DNA of 64,000 nucleotides from Castellaniella sp. (GTDB lineage Bacteria > Pseudomonadota > Gammaproteobacteria > Burkholderiales > Burkholderiaceae_B). The stretch covers positions 21,814-85,813 of the forward strand of contig NZ_JBAYPG010000007.1 in the NCBI RefSeq assembly GCF_041677825.1. The letters are read 5' to 3'. The translations under genes and the position numbers were made by a program. Positions 56,911-64,000 of the stretch are shown in pieces (position 1 is the first letter of the stretch; each line of letters begins with the position of its first letter). Below the pieces are notes generated by a model. The model was not told where the DNA came from. It was given only the letters and a program-made list of their open reading frames with translations, and did not search any database.

Positions 56911-57981
56911 GAGGCTGTCGGGCTTTGCGTCGATAACCGGTAAAATAGCGTACCGTGCATGAGGTCAGAAGACATGAGCCGATTTCGCCCAATAGATCGT
57001 CAGACGCCATACCTGCTGTCGCCCTCGGTTCAGGACTGGTTGCCCGAATCGCACCTGGCGCGCTACGTGGTCGATGTGGTCGAAGGGCTGGATCTCTCGG
57101 CGCTGGCGCGCGAGTACGCCGGTCGTGGTTCGGCGGCATATCACCCGGCGATGCTGCTCTCGTTGCTGATCTACGGCTATGCCACAGGCATTCATTCAAG
57201 CCGCAAGATCGAACGGGCCACGTACGATTCGCTGGCCTTTCGCTATATCGCCTGCGATCAGCACCCGGATCACGATACGCTGGCCAACTTTCGGCGCCGC
57301 TTCGAGCGCGAGCAGGCTGAGTACGAAGCGAAGATGGCCAAGCGTGCTGCCAAAGAGAAAGCCACGGGCAAAAAACCCGGTGGTCGGCCCCCGGCACCGC
57401 CTACGGCTGGTCCCGGCGAGCGTGATCAGGTGAACCTCACTGATGAGGACTCGCGCATCATGAAGGTCTCGGGCGGTGGCTTTGAGCAAAGCTATAACGC
57501 GCAGGCGCTGGTCGTCGATACGCAATCGCTGCTGGTGGTAGTGCCTCATGCCACCCAGGCGGTCAACGACAAGGCACAGGTCGAACCGATGCTTGAGTGC
57601 GTGGCCTGCCTGCCCGAGGGTCTGAACGAGCCCGAGCAGCAGATGAAGCACCTGCTGAAGACCCGCGCAGGGCGCGCCGCTTACGCGCTACGCAAACAGA
57701 CGGTCGAGCCGGTATTTGGCATTATCAAGTCGGTGATGGGATTTCGTCAGTTCTCGATGCGTGGTCTGGAGCACGTGCATCACGAGTGGACACTGGTGTG
57801 CCTGGCGTGGAATCTGAAACGCATGGCCGTATTGCGTCCGCAGTAAGCGTAAAACACAGGGAAATGGCGATTTTTGACCAAAATCATCTGTTTTGAGTCG
57901 GATACGCCTCTTTTTTCTCATATTGTGAAAATAATTCTCCAGATCTTGTTCCTACGAAGATCAAGCCCGACAGCCTCCTAG
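56907..57981 (+). mobile_element. IS1182/IS5-like insertion sequence, internally deleted derivative (about 1.07 kb)
   Basis: Perfect 19-bp terminal inverted repeats: CTAGGAGGCTGTCGGGCTT (56907-56925) and AAGCCCGACAGCCTCCTAG (57963-57981). The outer CTAG could instead be a 4-bp target duplication. Confidence 0.8.
56974..57846 (+). CDS. IS1182-family-like transposase, apparently lacking the central DDE region
   Basis: The N-terminal pattern MSRFRPIDRQTPYLLSPSVQDWLPESHLARYV... and the GGFEQSYNAQALV motif are typical of this family. The ORF is only about 290 aa, and it jumps from ...DKAQVEPML... to the C-terminal ...RKQTVEPVFGIIK...WNLKRM. The deletion is inferred by comparison with the usual length of about 450-550 aa. 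Confidence 0.65.
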   Translation: MSRFRPIDRQTPYLLSPSVQDWLPESHLARYVVDVVEGLDLSALAREYAGRGSAAYHPAMLLSLLIYGYATGIHSSRKIERATYDSLAFRYIACDQHPDHDTLANFRRRFEREQAEYEAKMAKRAAKEKATGKKPGGRPPAPPTAGPGERDQVNLTDEDSRIMKVSGGGFEQSYNAQALVVDTQSLLVVVPHATQAVNDKAQVEPMLECVACLPEGLNEPEQQMKHLLKTRAGRAAYALRKQTVEPVFGIIKSVMGFRQFSMRGLEHVHHEWTLVCLAWNLKRMAVLRPQ

Positions 57982-58324
57982 CCTCTTCCACAGCCTGCTG
58001 TGCAGCGATCTGCTCCGCATCTTTAGACGCCGCAGCGGCTCGCTGATGATCGTACAGGCCTTCAGGCCTGTCACCCATGCGTACTTGCTGGCGCAGCGCC
58101 TCTGTGGCCTTGTGAGCGTCTGCAACGCCCATGTCGGGATAGATGCCAATGACTCGGTTGCCGCGCTTACCTTCCGGCGTCTGGAATCTGACCCGCCATT
58201 GTTTCCCACCAGTAGGAAGCACTACGAGGAACAAGCCATTGCCCGATGCCAAGGTATAGGCGACATCTCTCGGACGAGCCTTGCGGGCCGCAAGATCAGA
58301 TAGTTGTTTGGCAATTTTGGGCAT
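57982..58324 (-). pseudogene. P4-like tyrosine integrase, N-terminal arm-binding fragment only (about 114 codons), truncated at the IS end
   Basis: MPKIAKQLSDLAARKARPRDVAYTLASGNGLFLVVLPTGGKQWRVRFQ... is typical of the DUF4102/Arm domain. The reading frame runs into the right IS inverted repeat at 57981. No catalytic domain is found anywhere in the window. Confidence 0.8.
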
Positions 58325-58348
58325 GTCGGGTCTTCAATTGGGCCATCC

Positions 58349-58397
58349 TTGGGTATTTGGGTTTTAACATACCCAAACACATACCCAAAAACGCGGG
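58349..58397. repeat. Cluster of ATACCCAA motifs (one inverted, two direct) just upstream of the integrase start; candidate arm-type sites, right arm
   Basis: TTGGGTAT (58349-58356, inverted) and ATACCCAAACACATACCCAAAAACGCGGG (58369-58397), read directly. Confidence 0.45.
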
Positions 58398-58430
58398 ATT
58401 GTCTGACCTGATCTGATTCACCCAAGCATG

Positions 58431-58465
58431 AAAAAACCCGCAAGAACCTAATGTTCATGCGGGTT
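58431..58465 (-). terminator. Rho-independent terminator of tRNA-Leu (copy C of the hairpin-plus-tail module extends to about 58495)
   Basis: On the minus strand the hairpin AACCCGCA-N15-TGCGGGTT is followed by TTTTTT. Confidence 0.7.
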
Positions 58466-58511
58466 TCCGGTACTTTCAGGGCTGTTCTGAAACAGCCTGT
58501 TTTTTTAACTA

Positions 58512-58596
58512 TGGTGCCGTCGGCGAGAGTCGAACTCGCACAGCTTTCGCCACTACCCCCTCAAGATAGCGTGTCTACCAATTCCACCACGACGGC
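58512..58596 (-). tRNA. leuU: tRNA-Leu, anticodon GAG
   Basis: Hand-folded 85-nt sequence: GCCGTCGTGGTGGAATTGGTAGACACGCTATCTTGAGGGGGTAGTGGCGAAAGCTGTGCGAGTTCGACTCTCGCCGACGGCACCA. The acceptor stem is 7 bp. The anticodon stem is CTATC/GGTAG with loop TTGAGGG. It has a long variable arm, a T-arm GCGAG-TTCGACT-CTCGC and an encoded CCA. It lies downstream of secG, as leuU does in E. coli. Confidence 0.9.
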
Positions 58597-58671
58597 GCAC
58601 TGCATGAAAGTCAGCGATTGTAGCATGAAGAATCGGCCTTCTCTGCAGGGCGGGGTCTGACGCACACCCGA

Positions 58672-59175
58672 TCAGTCTCCGGCAGCCTGGCCCGTGCTGC
58701 CTGGTGCCGGTATCGCGGGGACCGACGCGGCAGACGAGGCACCACTGGGTACAGCCCCCGGGACGGCAGGCGCACTGCCGGCCGCACCCGAAGCGCCGCC
58801 TTGCGCACCAGGCGCTTCGGGCGCGGCCGGCACTGATGCCCCGAGTTCAGGCACCGCCGAACCGGTTGGCGCCGTATCGGCCGGGGCCGAAGAAGTGAAC
58901 CCCTGCATGATGCCGGAGTCGAGCGGCGAGCCTGATGGGTGGTGCGCAATCCATGCCAGGCCACCCGTGGTGGCGAAAAAGACGATGGCGGCCCATTTGG
59001 TGGCGCGCGACAGGAAGTTGGCCGCGCCCGCCGAACCGAATACGCTGCCGGCCGAACCGCTGCCGAATGCAGCCCCCATGTCGGCCCCCTTGCCCTGTTG
59101 CAGGAGCACGAGCGCAATGACCAACAGCGAGGACAGGACCTGCAGGGTTTGCAGTATTGTGGAAAACAATTGCAT
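58672..59175 (-). CDS. secG: Preprotein translocase subunit SecG with a long Ala/Pro/Gly/Ser-rich C-terminal tail
   Basis: The N-terminus (LQVLSSLLVIALVLLQQGKGADMGAAFGSGSAGSVFGS) is the canonical SecG motif. The ORF is 167 aa, compared with roughly 110-125 aa typically. Confidence 0.85.
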   Translation of the reverse strand: MQLFSTILQTLQVLSSLLVIALVLLQQGKGADMGAAFGSGSAGSVFGSAGAANFLSRATKWAAIVFFATTGGLAWIAHHPSGSPLDSGIMQGFTSSAPADTAPTGSAVPELGASVPAAPEAPGAQGGASGAAGSAPAVPGAVPSGASSAASVPAIPAPGSTGQAAGD

Positions 59176-59210
59176 GAATGAGTACTCCGCCGAATGTTTG
59201 CGTGCCCGGA

Positions 59211-59960
59211 TCAGGACACGGCAGCCGCAATGCCGAGAAAACTGTCGGCCTGCAGCGAGGCCCCACCGATCAGGGCCCCGTCGATATCATCCTGAGCGAA
59301 CAGTGCCGCCGCATTGTCGGGCTTGACGCTGCCGCCATACAGGATGCGGGTGGCGCTGGCCCCGTGCCGGGCCAGACTGGCGCGGATCAGTGCGTGGACT
59401 TCCTGGGCCTGCTCGGGCGTGGCGCTGCGCCCCGTGCCGATGGCCCATACCGGCTCATAGGCAATCACGAGACGGGACAGGGCATCCGCGCCCAAGGCCA
59501 GGACCGGATCGAGCTGATCGCCGACGACGCATTCGGTTTCACCCGCTTCGCGGTCGGACAGCGTTTCGCCCACACAGACCACGGGCGTCAGGCCGGCCGC
59601 CAGGGCGCCAGCGGCCTTGGCCGCAACCAGCGCGCTGCCTTCGCCATGCAGGGCACGCCGCTCGGAATGACCACACAGAACCCAGCGACAGCCGAAATCG
59701 GCCAGCATCGCGCCAGAGATTTCGCCCGTATAGGCCCCTTTTTCGTGGACGCTGACATCTTGTGCGCCCCAACTGATGACGCTATCGGCCAGGGCCATCT
59801 GCGCCTGTGCCAGATAAACGAAGGGCACGCAGACAGCCAGTTCAGGCTGGCCGCGCAGGCGGGCCGTGCCATCCCGGATACCCGCAAGCAACACTGCATT
59901 GTCAGCCAGGCTGCCATGCATTTTCCAGTTGCCCATGATCAGGGGCCGCCGCATTGCCAT
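59211..59960 (-). CDS. tpiA: Triosephosphate isomerase
   Basis: 249-aa ORF with GNWKMHG, the active-site context VLCGHSERR, and AYEPVWAIGTG. Confidence 0.9.
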   Translation of the reverse strand: MAMRRPLIMGNWKMHGSLADNAVLLAGIRDGTARLRGQPELAVCVPFVYLAQAQMALADSVISWGAQDVSVHEKGAYTGEISGAMLADFGCRWVLCGHSERRALHGEGSALVAAKAAGALAAGLTPVVCVGETLSDREAGETECVVGDQLDPVLALGADALSRLVIAYEPVWAIGTGRSATPEQAQEVHALIRASLARHGASATRILYGGSVKPDNAAALFAQDDIDGALIGGASLQADSFLGIAAAVS

Positions 59961-60057
59961 GCCAATACCACCATTTGAAAAATCGGTAACCCTGCATTGT
60001 AGCGTGTTTGGGGCGTATCATGAATCCAGACCCTGTTCACATTTCAGGAGGAAAGAC

Positions 60058-60777
60058 ATGGCCATCTACACCGTCACGCTCAGCGGAAAAAAACAGGTCG
60101 CCGAAGGCACCTTCGAGTTCCTGCTGAGCAAACCCGAGGGCTTCAAGTATCGGGCCGGACAGTTTTTCGACATTCTGCTCGAACCCATCGCCGACGCCCC
60201 GAAAAGCAGTTACGTACACGGGTTTTCATTCGCGAGCGCACCGTTCGAAGCCAGTCTGGCCGCCGCCACCCGCATGCGCGGTACGCCATTCAAGAATGCC
60301 ATCCGCGACTTGCCGGATGGCACCGAAGTCAAGATCGACGCCTGCTTTGGCAGCTTCACTTTACCCAAACAGACCACCACGCCCGTGGCTTTCCTGATCG
60401 GCGGCATCGGCATCACACCGGTGCGCAGCATGGTCATGCAGGCCAGCCACGACCAATCAGCACAGGCGCTTACGCTACTGTACGCCAACAGGACGCCCGC
60501 ACAGGCCGCTTTCACCGAAGACCTGCGCGAATGTTCGCAGCAGAATCCGCACTTCACCTTTGTGCCGGTCTACACGGACCCCGGGCAGCACGTGGACGGC
60601 GCCGAGCACGGCATGATCGATGCCGCCATGATCCGCCGCCACGTGGCGGACATCCCTGGTACCCTGTTCTATCTGTCCGGGCCCGCCGGCATGGTTCGGG
60701 CCATGCGCGCCATTCTGATGGACGAATTGAGCGTGGACGAGGACAATATCCGCACTGAAGAATTCGATGGCTATTGA
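60058..60777 (+). CDS. Ferredoxin-NADP reductase-like FAD/NAD(P)-binding oxidoreductase
   Basis: ORF trimmed to the ATG at 60058 with an AGGAGGAAAG SD sequence. Contains an FAD-binding barrel pattern (YRAGQFFDILL...HGFSFAS) and an NAD-binding motif (FLIGGIGITPVRSM...YLSGPAGMV). Confidence 0.75.
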   Translation: MAIYTVTLSGKKQVAEGTFEFLLSKPEGFKYRAGQFFDILLEPIADAPKSSYVHGFSFASAPFEASLAAATRMRGTPFKNAIRDLPDGTEVKIDACFGSFTLPKQTTTPVAFLIGGIGITPVRSMVMQASHDQSAQALTLLYANRTPAQAAFTEDLRECSQQNPHFTFVPVYTDPGQHVDGAEHGMIDAAMIRRHVADIPGTLFYLSGPAGMVRAMRAILMDELSVDEDNIRTEEFDGY

Positions 60778-60783
60778 TACTCC

Positions 60784-61983
60784 GTGAGCGAGGACCCCCA
60801 GGATTTCAGCCTGCGCAAGATTGCAATCGCGGCATTCGGGCCCTCGCTGCTGTTCGGGATCGGCGAAGGGGCGATATTTCCAGTCGTGGCACTCAGTGCC
60901 CGCGACGTTGGCGCATCCACGGCCTGGGCGGGTTTCATCGTTGCACTCATCGGGCTGGGCGCCCTGGTGGCCAACATCCCGGCTGCTGCGCTGACCACCC
61001 GCTTTGGCGAGCGTCGGGCGATGGTGGGTGCGGCGGCATTCAGCCTGCTCGGGCTGGCGCTGTGCCTGCTGGCTGCCGAACCGATATTGCTGGGCGTCGG
61101 CATATTGATGGTCGGCATGGCCAGCGCCGTGTTCCTGCTGGCCCGGCAAACCTGGCTGATCGAAGCGGTACCCATTCCACTGCGCGCACGCGCCATGTCC
61201 ACCCTGGGTGGCACCATGCGTATCGGCCTGTTCGTCGGGCCGTTCATCGCCGCACTGTTCATTCAGCTGCTTGGCCTGCGTGGCGCCTATTGGGCGGCCA
61301 TGCTGGCCGTTCTGGCGGCCGGCCTGCTGTCGCTGCTGATTCCCGATCTGCCCGGCAGCCAGCAGAAACGGGGCGCGGCCTCCAGCCCGCGCATGGGCGA
61401 ACTGCTCGGCCTGCATGCGCGCGTGCTGCTGACGCTGGGGATCGCCTGCAGTCTGGTCTCGGCGCTGCGCGCCTGCCGCCAGATCGTGATCCCGCTGTGG
61501 GCCGACCAGATCGGCCTGGATGCCACCGATACCGCCCTGATCTATGGCCTGATGGGGGGTGTCGACATGTTGCTGTTCTATCCGGCCGGCATGATCATGG
61601 ACAAGCGCGGCCGACTCTGGATTGCACTGCCGTCCTTGCTGATCATGGCCAGCAGCCTGATGGTCATGCCGCTGAGCACCGGTTTTGCCAGCCTGCTGCT
61701 GATCAGCCTGGTCCTGGGCCTGGGCAACGGCATCGGCTCGGGCATCGTCATGACCATCGGCGCCGATGCTTCGCCCTCGAAGGGGCGCACGCATTTCCTG
61801 GGGGCCTGGCGCACCATCAGCGATCTGGGGGGCGGCACCGGGCCATTGCTGCTTTCGGCCATCACGGCTCTGGCTTCGCTGGCCTGGGGTATCCTGACCA
61901 TAGGCGCCATTGGCTATGTGGCCGCCTGGATGTTCTGGCACTGGCTGCCGCACGCTCGGTCCACGACAGCCATCAGATCATGA
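60784..61983 (+). CDS. MFS transporter
   Basis: 399-aa ORF with a GTG start. It has about 12 hydrophobic segments and an MFS loop motif (LTTRFGERRAM). Confidence 0.8.
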   Translation: MSEDPQDFSLRKIAIAAFGPSLLFGIGEGAIFPVVALSARDVGASTAWAGFIVALIGLGALVANIPAAALTTRFGERRAMVGAAAFSLLGLALCLLAAEPILLGVGILMVGMASAVFLLARQTWLIEAVPIPLRARAMSTLGGTMRIGLFVGPFIAALFIQLLGLRGAYWAAMLAVLAAGLLSLLIPDLPGSQQKRGAASSPRMGELLGLHARVLLTLGIACSLVSALRACRQIVIPLWADQIGLDATDTALIYGLMGGVDMLLFYPAGMIMDKRGRLWIALPSLLIMASSLMVMPLSTGFASLLLISLVLGLGNGIGSGIVMTIGADASPSKGRTHFLGAWRTISDLGGGTGPLLLSAITALASLAWGILTIGAIGYVAAWMFWHWLPHARSTTAIRS

Positions 61984-63693
61984 ACCCTCGTCCGCCCCGC
62001 GGTAGCGCCGGTACGGCATGTCATTCCAGATGCGTTGCTGCAGACGATTGTTGCTGACCGTCGGTGGAATATCCTGAAGAAGATCGCGCGCCGCCTGCAA
62101 CTCGCGTTCGACCTCGGCACGATCCTGATACATGAACTGGTCTGATGTCTCATCCTGCGCCTGGGCGAGTTTGTTTTCGAGGTCGCCGATGAGATCCTTC
62201 TGATAGCCAGCCACAGCATCCCGGGCCTCCGTGATCCAACCGGGCTGGACATTTCTGTTGACATCCAGCAGCGCGCTGTATTCACGGTAGATGTCACCGT
62301 AGAGGCGGGAGGCATGCTCACGCACGTCACGACAGGCCGCCTCGAGATCGGCCACGCCGAGGTCTTCTTCCTTCAGGGGAACAGCCCGGGCCTGACCCCC
62401 GAGCGCCGCGTATTTCATGTAGTAGGGGAATATTTTCCTGACCACGCCACCCACGTGCATGGTACCGAAGTCGCGCTCATCGACCCCCTTGGGCTGCACG
62501 CCCTGCATGGCGGGCAGCGCGGATTCGGGCCGGACCACCTCTTTGGGCGGAATGATGCCAAAGCGCAGCATTTCCCGAATTGCAGTACCCGAGATATTCA
62601 GGTGATGACGTTCATCGTGGGGGCACGTCTGCTCGGTGGCATGACAGGCACAGCGCATGCAGTAAAACACTTCGTGGAACAGGCGCACCGAGATCCCGAG
62701 TTCCTGTGGGTCGTATTCATCGAAGATGCTGTGCCCGGCGTATTTGTCATAAAAACTGCCGATACCGGCATGATCCCGCCCGATGAGCGCATGCGTGCAG
62801 CCGTAGTTCTTCATGATCAGCGCATGCAGGACGGCCTCGCGCGGACCGGCAAAAATGTAGGTGACGCGCAGCGGCGAGAGGATGGCGCGATCTTTGGGAT
62901 AGTACGTGTCGAGCACATTGCGATAGGCTCGTACCCGGTACTCGGGGCGCACGAACTCGCGCTTGGCCATCTCGACCAATGGCTGCAGAAAAACGCCATC
63001 CACCTCTTCGAGCGCGTTGCGATGGATGTATTCATGACCCCGATGCAGTGGGTTGGCGCCGGTAATGAATCCGGCGACCGACTTGAATTTCCGTTCTTCG
63101 TAGAACAGGTGCCAGATGTCCCTGGGTTCTCGGCGCAGGGCCTCGAACGGGCCCCAATCCACACGATTGAGCAGGTACAGGTGGCCGCCAATCGAGACGT
63201 CACCCATGCGTTCGAAAATGGACGCGACGCCAGGATGGCTACGATCCGTAGTGCCGAACAAGTGCTTCGCACGATGCTCGCGATCGTAGTCGAACAAGTC
63301 GTTGACCTCGAGCCTGGCCACCGGATTGCCTTCATGATCGACCAGGGCCACGCTGTCGCCCACCGACAACTTGCCGATGATTTCAGCATTGCGCCGCCCG
63401 ACCGGCGCAAAGCTCAGTGGTACGGGCCAGATGGTGCCATCGGCCAGGCGCCCCTTCTCGAGGCTCGACAGATAGTCGGCCTGATTCATGAAACCCTTGT
63501 TGGGCGACAGGACACCGGTGCAAATCATCTCGATCGTGATGACGGCCTGCAGGTCGACCATGATGGCCGGAAGGCTGCGTGCCTGTTCGATTTCCTGATT
63601 TCTCCGTTCAGGCGGTACGACCTGGTCGACCAGATGCCCACCGTGCGGCGTCTGTGGATAGTCGTCGAAACGCAACGGGGCTGAATCGTGCAT
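61978..63693 (-). CDS. ATP-sulfurylase (sulfate adenylyltransferase)-like protein with a divergent active-site motif and a C-terminal extension
   Basis: 571-aa ORF with a PUA-like N-domain. HRGH and GRDHAG motifs are present. TGANP replaces the canonical QTRNP (nt approx 63034-63078). About 170 extra C-terminal residues carry no P-loop. Confidence 0.7.
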   Translation of the reverse strand: MHDSAPLRFDDYPQTPHGGHLVDQVVPPERRNQEIEQARSLPAIMVDLQAVITIEMICTGVLSPNKGFMNQADYLSSLEKGRLADGTIWPVPLSFAPVGRRNAEIIGKLSVGDSVALVDHEGNPVARLEVNDLFDYDREHRAKHLFGTTDRSHPGVASIFERMGDVSIGGHLYLLNRVDWGPFEALRREPRDIWHLFYEERKFKSVAGFITGANPLHRGHEYIHRNALEEVDGVFLQPLVEMAKREFVRPEYRVRAYRNVLDTYYPKDRAILSPLRVTYIFAGPREAVLHALIMKNYGCTHALIGRDHAGIGSFYDKYAGHSIFDEYDPQELGISVRLFHEVFYCMRCACHATEQTCPHDERHHLNISGTAIREMLRFGIIPPKEVVRPESALPAMQGVQPKGVDERDFGTMHVGGVVRKIFPYYMKYAALGGQARAVPLKEEDLGVADLEAACRDVREHASRLYGDIYREYSALLDVNRNVQPGWITEARDAVAGYQKDLIGDLENKLAQAQDETSDQFMYQDRAEVERELQAARDLLQDIPPTVSNNRLQQRIWNDMPYRRYRGADEGS

Positions 63694-63827
63694 GGCTGTC
63701 TCCTGATCTGTTGGTGCGGGCGCAAACGATGCCCGAATGGTAGCAGACCATCCAGGCCACGGGATTCGCTACACTGTGAACCGATCCGAAACCCCATGAG
63801 CCATGCCATTTCCCGCTGGAGGTCTGT

Positions 63828-64000
63828 ATGCCCCGAGAGAAGTTGCTCATCGCGGTTGCGTTACCCCAGGAACTGGAACACGCAGCCATGATCCACGATA
63901 TCCCGGTGATCTACACGGGCGTGGGCAAGCTGAATGCCGCACTGTCGCTGATGGACGCCATCGAACGCCACCGGCCGGACCGGCTGATCAACTACGGTAC
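63828..64000 (+). CDS. Nucleoside phosphorylase / MTA-SAH nucleosidase-family protein, N-terminal part (runs off the window end)
   Basis: Hand translation from the ATG at 63828 gives MPREKLLIAVALPQELEHAAMIHDIPVIYTGVGKLNAALSLMDAIERHRPDRLINYGT. The GVGKLNAA...LINYGT pattern is typical of the PNP_UDP_1 family. Confidence 0.55.
   Translation, partial: MPREKLLIAVALPQELEHAAMIHDIPVIYTGVGKLNAALSLMDAIERHRPDRLINYG

Larger units (their letters stand above)
56029..58537. mobile_element. Decayed integrative islet at tRNA-Leu(GAG), bounded by the tRNA 3' end and its 26-bp duplicate
   Basis: The boundaries are att-like direct repeats (24/26 identical). The contents are parDE, the defective IS and the integrase stump. 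GC content is visibly lower than in the flanking DNA. Confidence 0.7.

Noticed and set aside
57884-58324. 146-aa ORF read as an intact small protein
   Set aside because: Only the first 114 or so codons are integrase-derived. The rest is read-through into the IS inverted repeat and IS interior. I annotated it as a truncated integrase pseudogene instead.
58694-59326. 210-aa plus-strand ORF opposite secG
   Set aside because: It lies antisense to secG, which has a canonical N-terminal motif. Its Ala/Pro-rich product mirrors the low-complexity secG tail.

Overview
This is a high-GC proteobacterial chromosome segment. Gene content and the tpiA-secG-tRNA-Leu(GAG) arrangement look Burkholderiales-like, which is an inference I cannot verify here. 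Almost every base is covered by a recognisable gene.

Gene order:
- 1-9.8 kb: a complete Flp/Tad (Cpa-type) pilus locus on the minus strand, running flp-cpaA-cpaB-cpaC-cpaD-cpaE-cpaF-tadB-tadC-tadD-tadE-tadE'.
- 10-12.4 kb: an orphan lipoprotein and an LtaS/sulfatase-family membrane protein.
- 12.5-22.8 kb: a LacI-family regulator, a Liv-type ABC importer (with a LivM-LivG fusion) and four oxidoreductases.
- 22.8-25.8 kb: a divergent pair made of a GT2 glycosyltransferase and a large polytopic GT-C-like membrane protein.
- 25.7-32.2 kb: cydA-cydB-cydX-cydD-cydC on the minus strand. cydX is a 30-codon gene missing from the ORF track.
- 32.3-40.5 kb: a form-II cox-like molybdoenzyme cluster (MobA-like gene, then coxS-L-M-D-E-G and an xdhC-like gene).
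- 40.5-42.2 kb: a Zn-dependent alcohol dehydrogenase, then an RHH/ParE-family toxin-antitoxin (TA) pair with a perfect palindromic operator.
- 42.4-47.5 kb: a beta-oxidation-like operon (DUF35, SCP-x thiolase, MFE-2-like SDR, two acyl-CoA dehydrogenases), preceded by a 21-bp-period tandem array and a LysR regulator.
- 48.8-54.6 kb: amino-acid or aldehyde metabolism genes.
- 54.7-58.6 kb: a decayed accessory region at tRNA-Leu(GAG), visibly lower in GC. It holds a RhuM-Doc fusion gene bracketed by 59-bp direct repeats, a duplicated tRNA 3' end (att), parDE, an internally deleted IS with 19-bp terminal inverted repeats, and the N-terminal stump of a P4-like integrase with repeated ATACCCAA arm-type motifs.
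- 58.7-64 kb: secG, tpiA, a ferredoxin-reductase-like protein, an MFS transporter, a divergent ATP-sulfurylase-like protein and a truncated nucleosidase-family gene.

I saw no rRNA genes and no CRISPR arrays.

The most interesting candidates for something not yet described are:
- the orphan RhuM-Doc module and the repeat architecture of the tRNA-Leu islet;
- the GT2/GT-C pair with no flippase and no obvious acceptor;
- the ATP-sulfurylase-like protein with an altered active-site motif and an unassigned C-terminal domain;
- the 21-bp tandem array upstream of the beta-oxidation-like operon.

All functional calls come from reading motifs by eye. No database search was possible.
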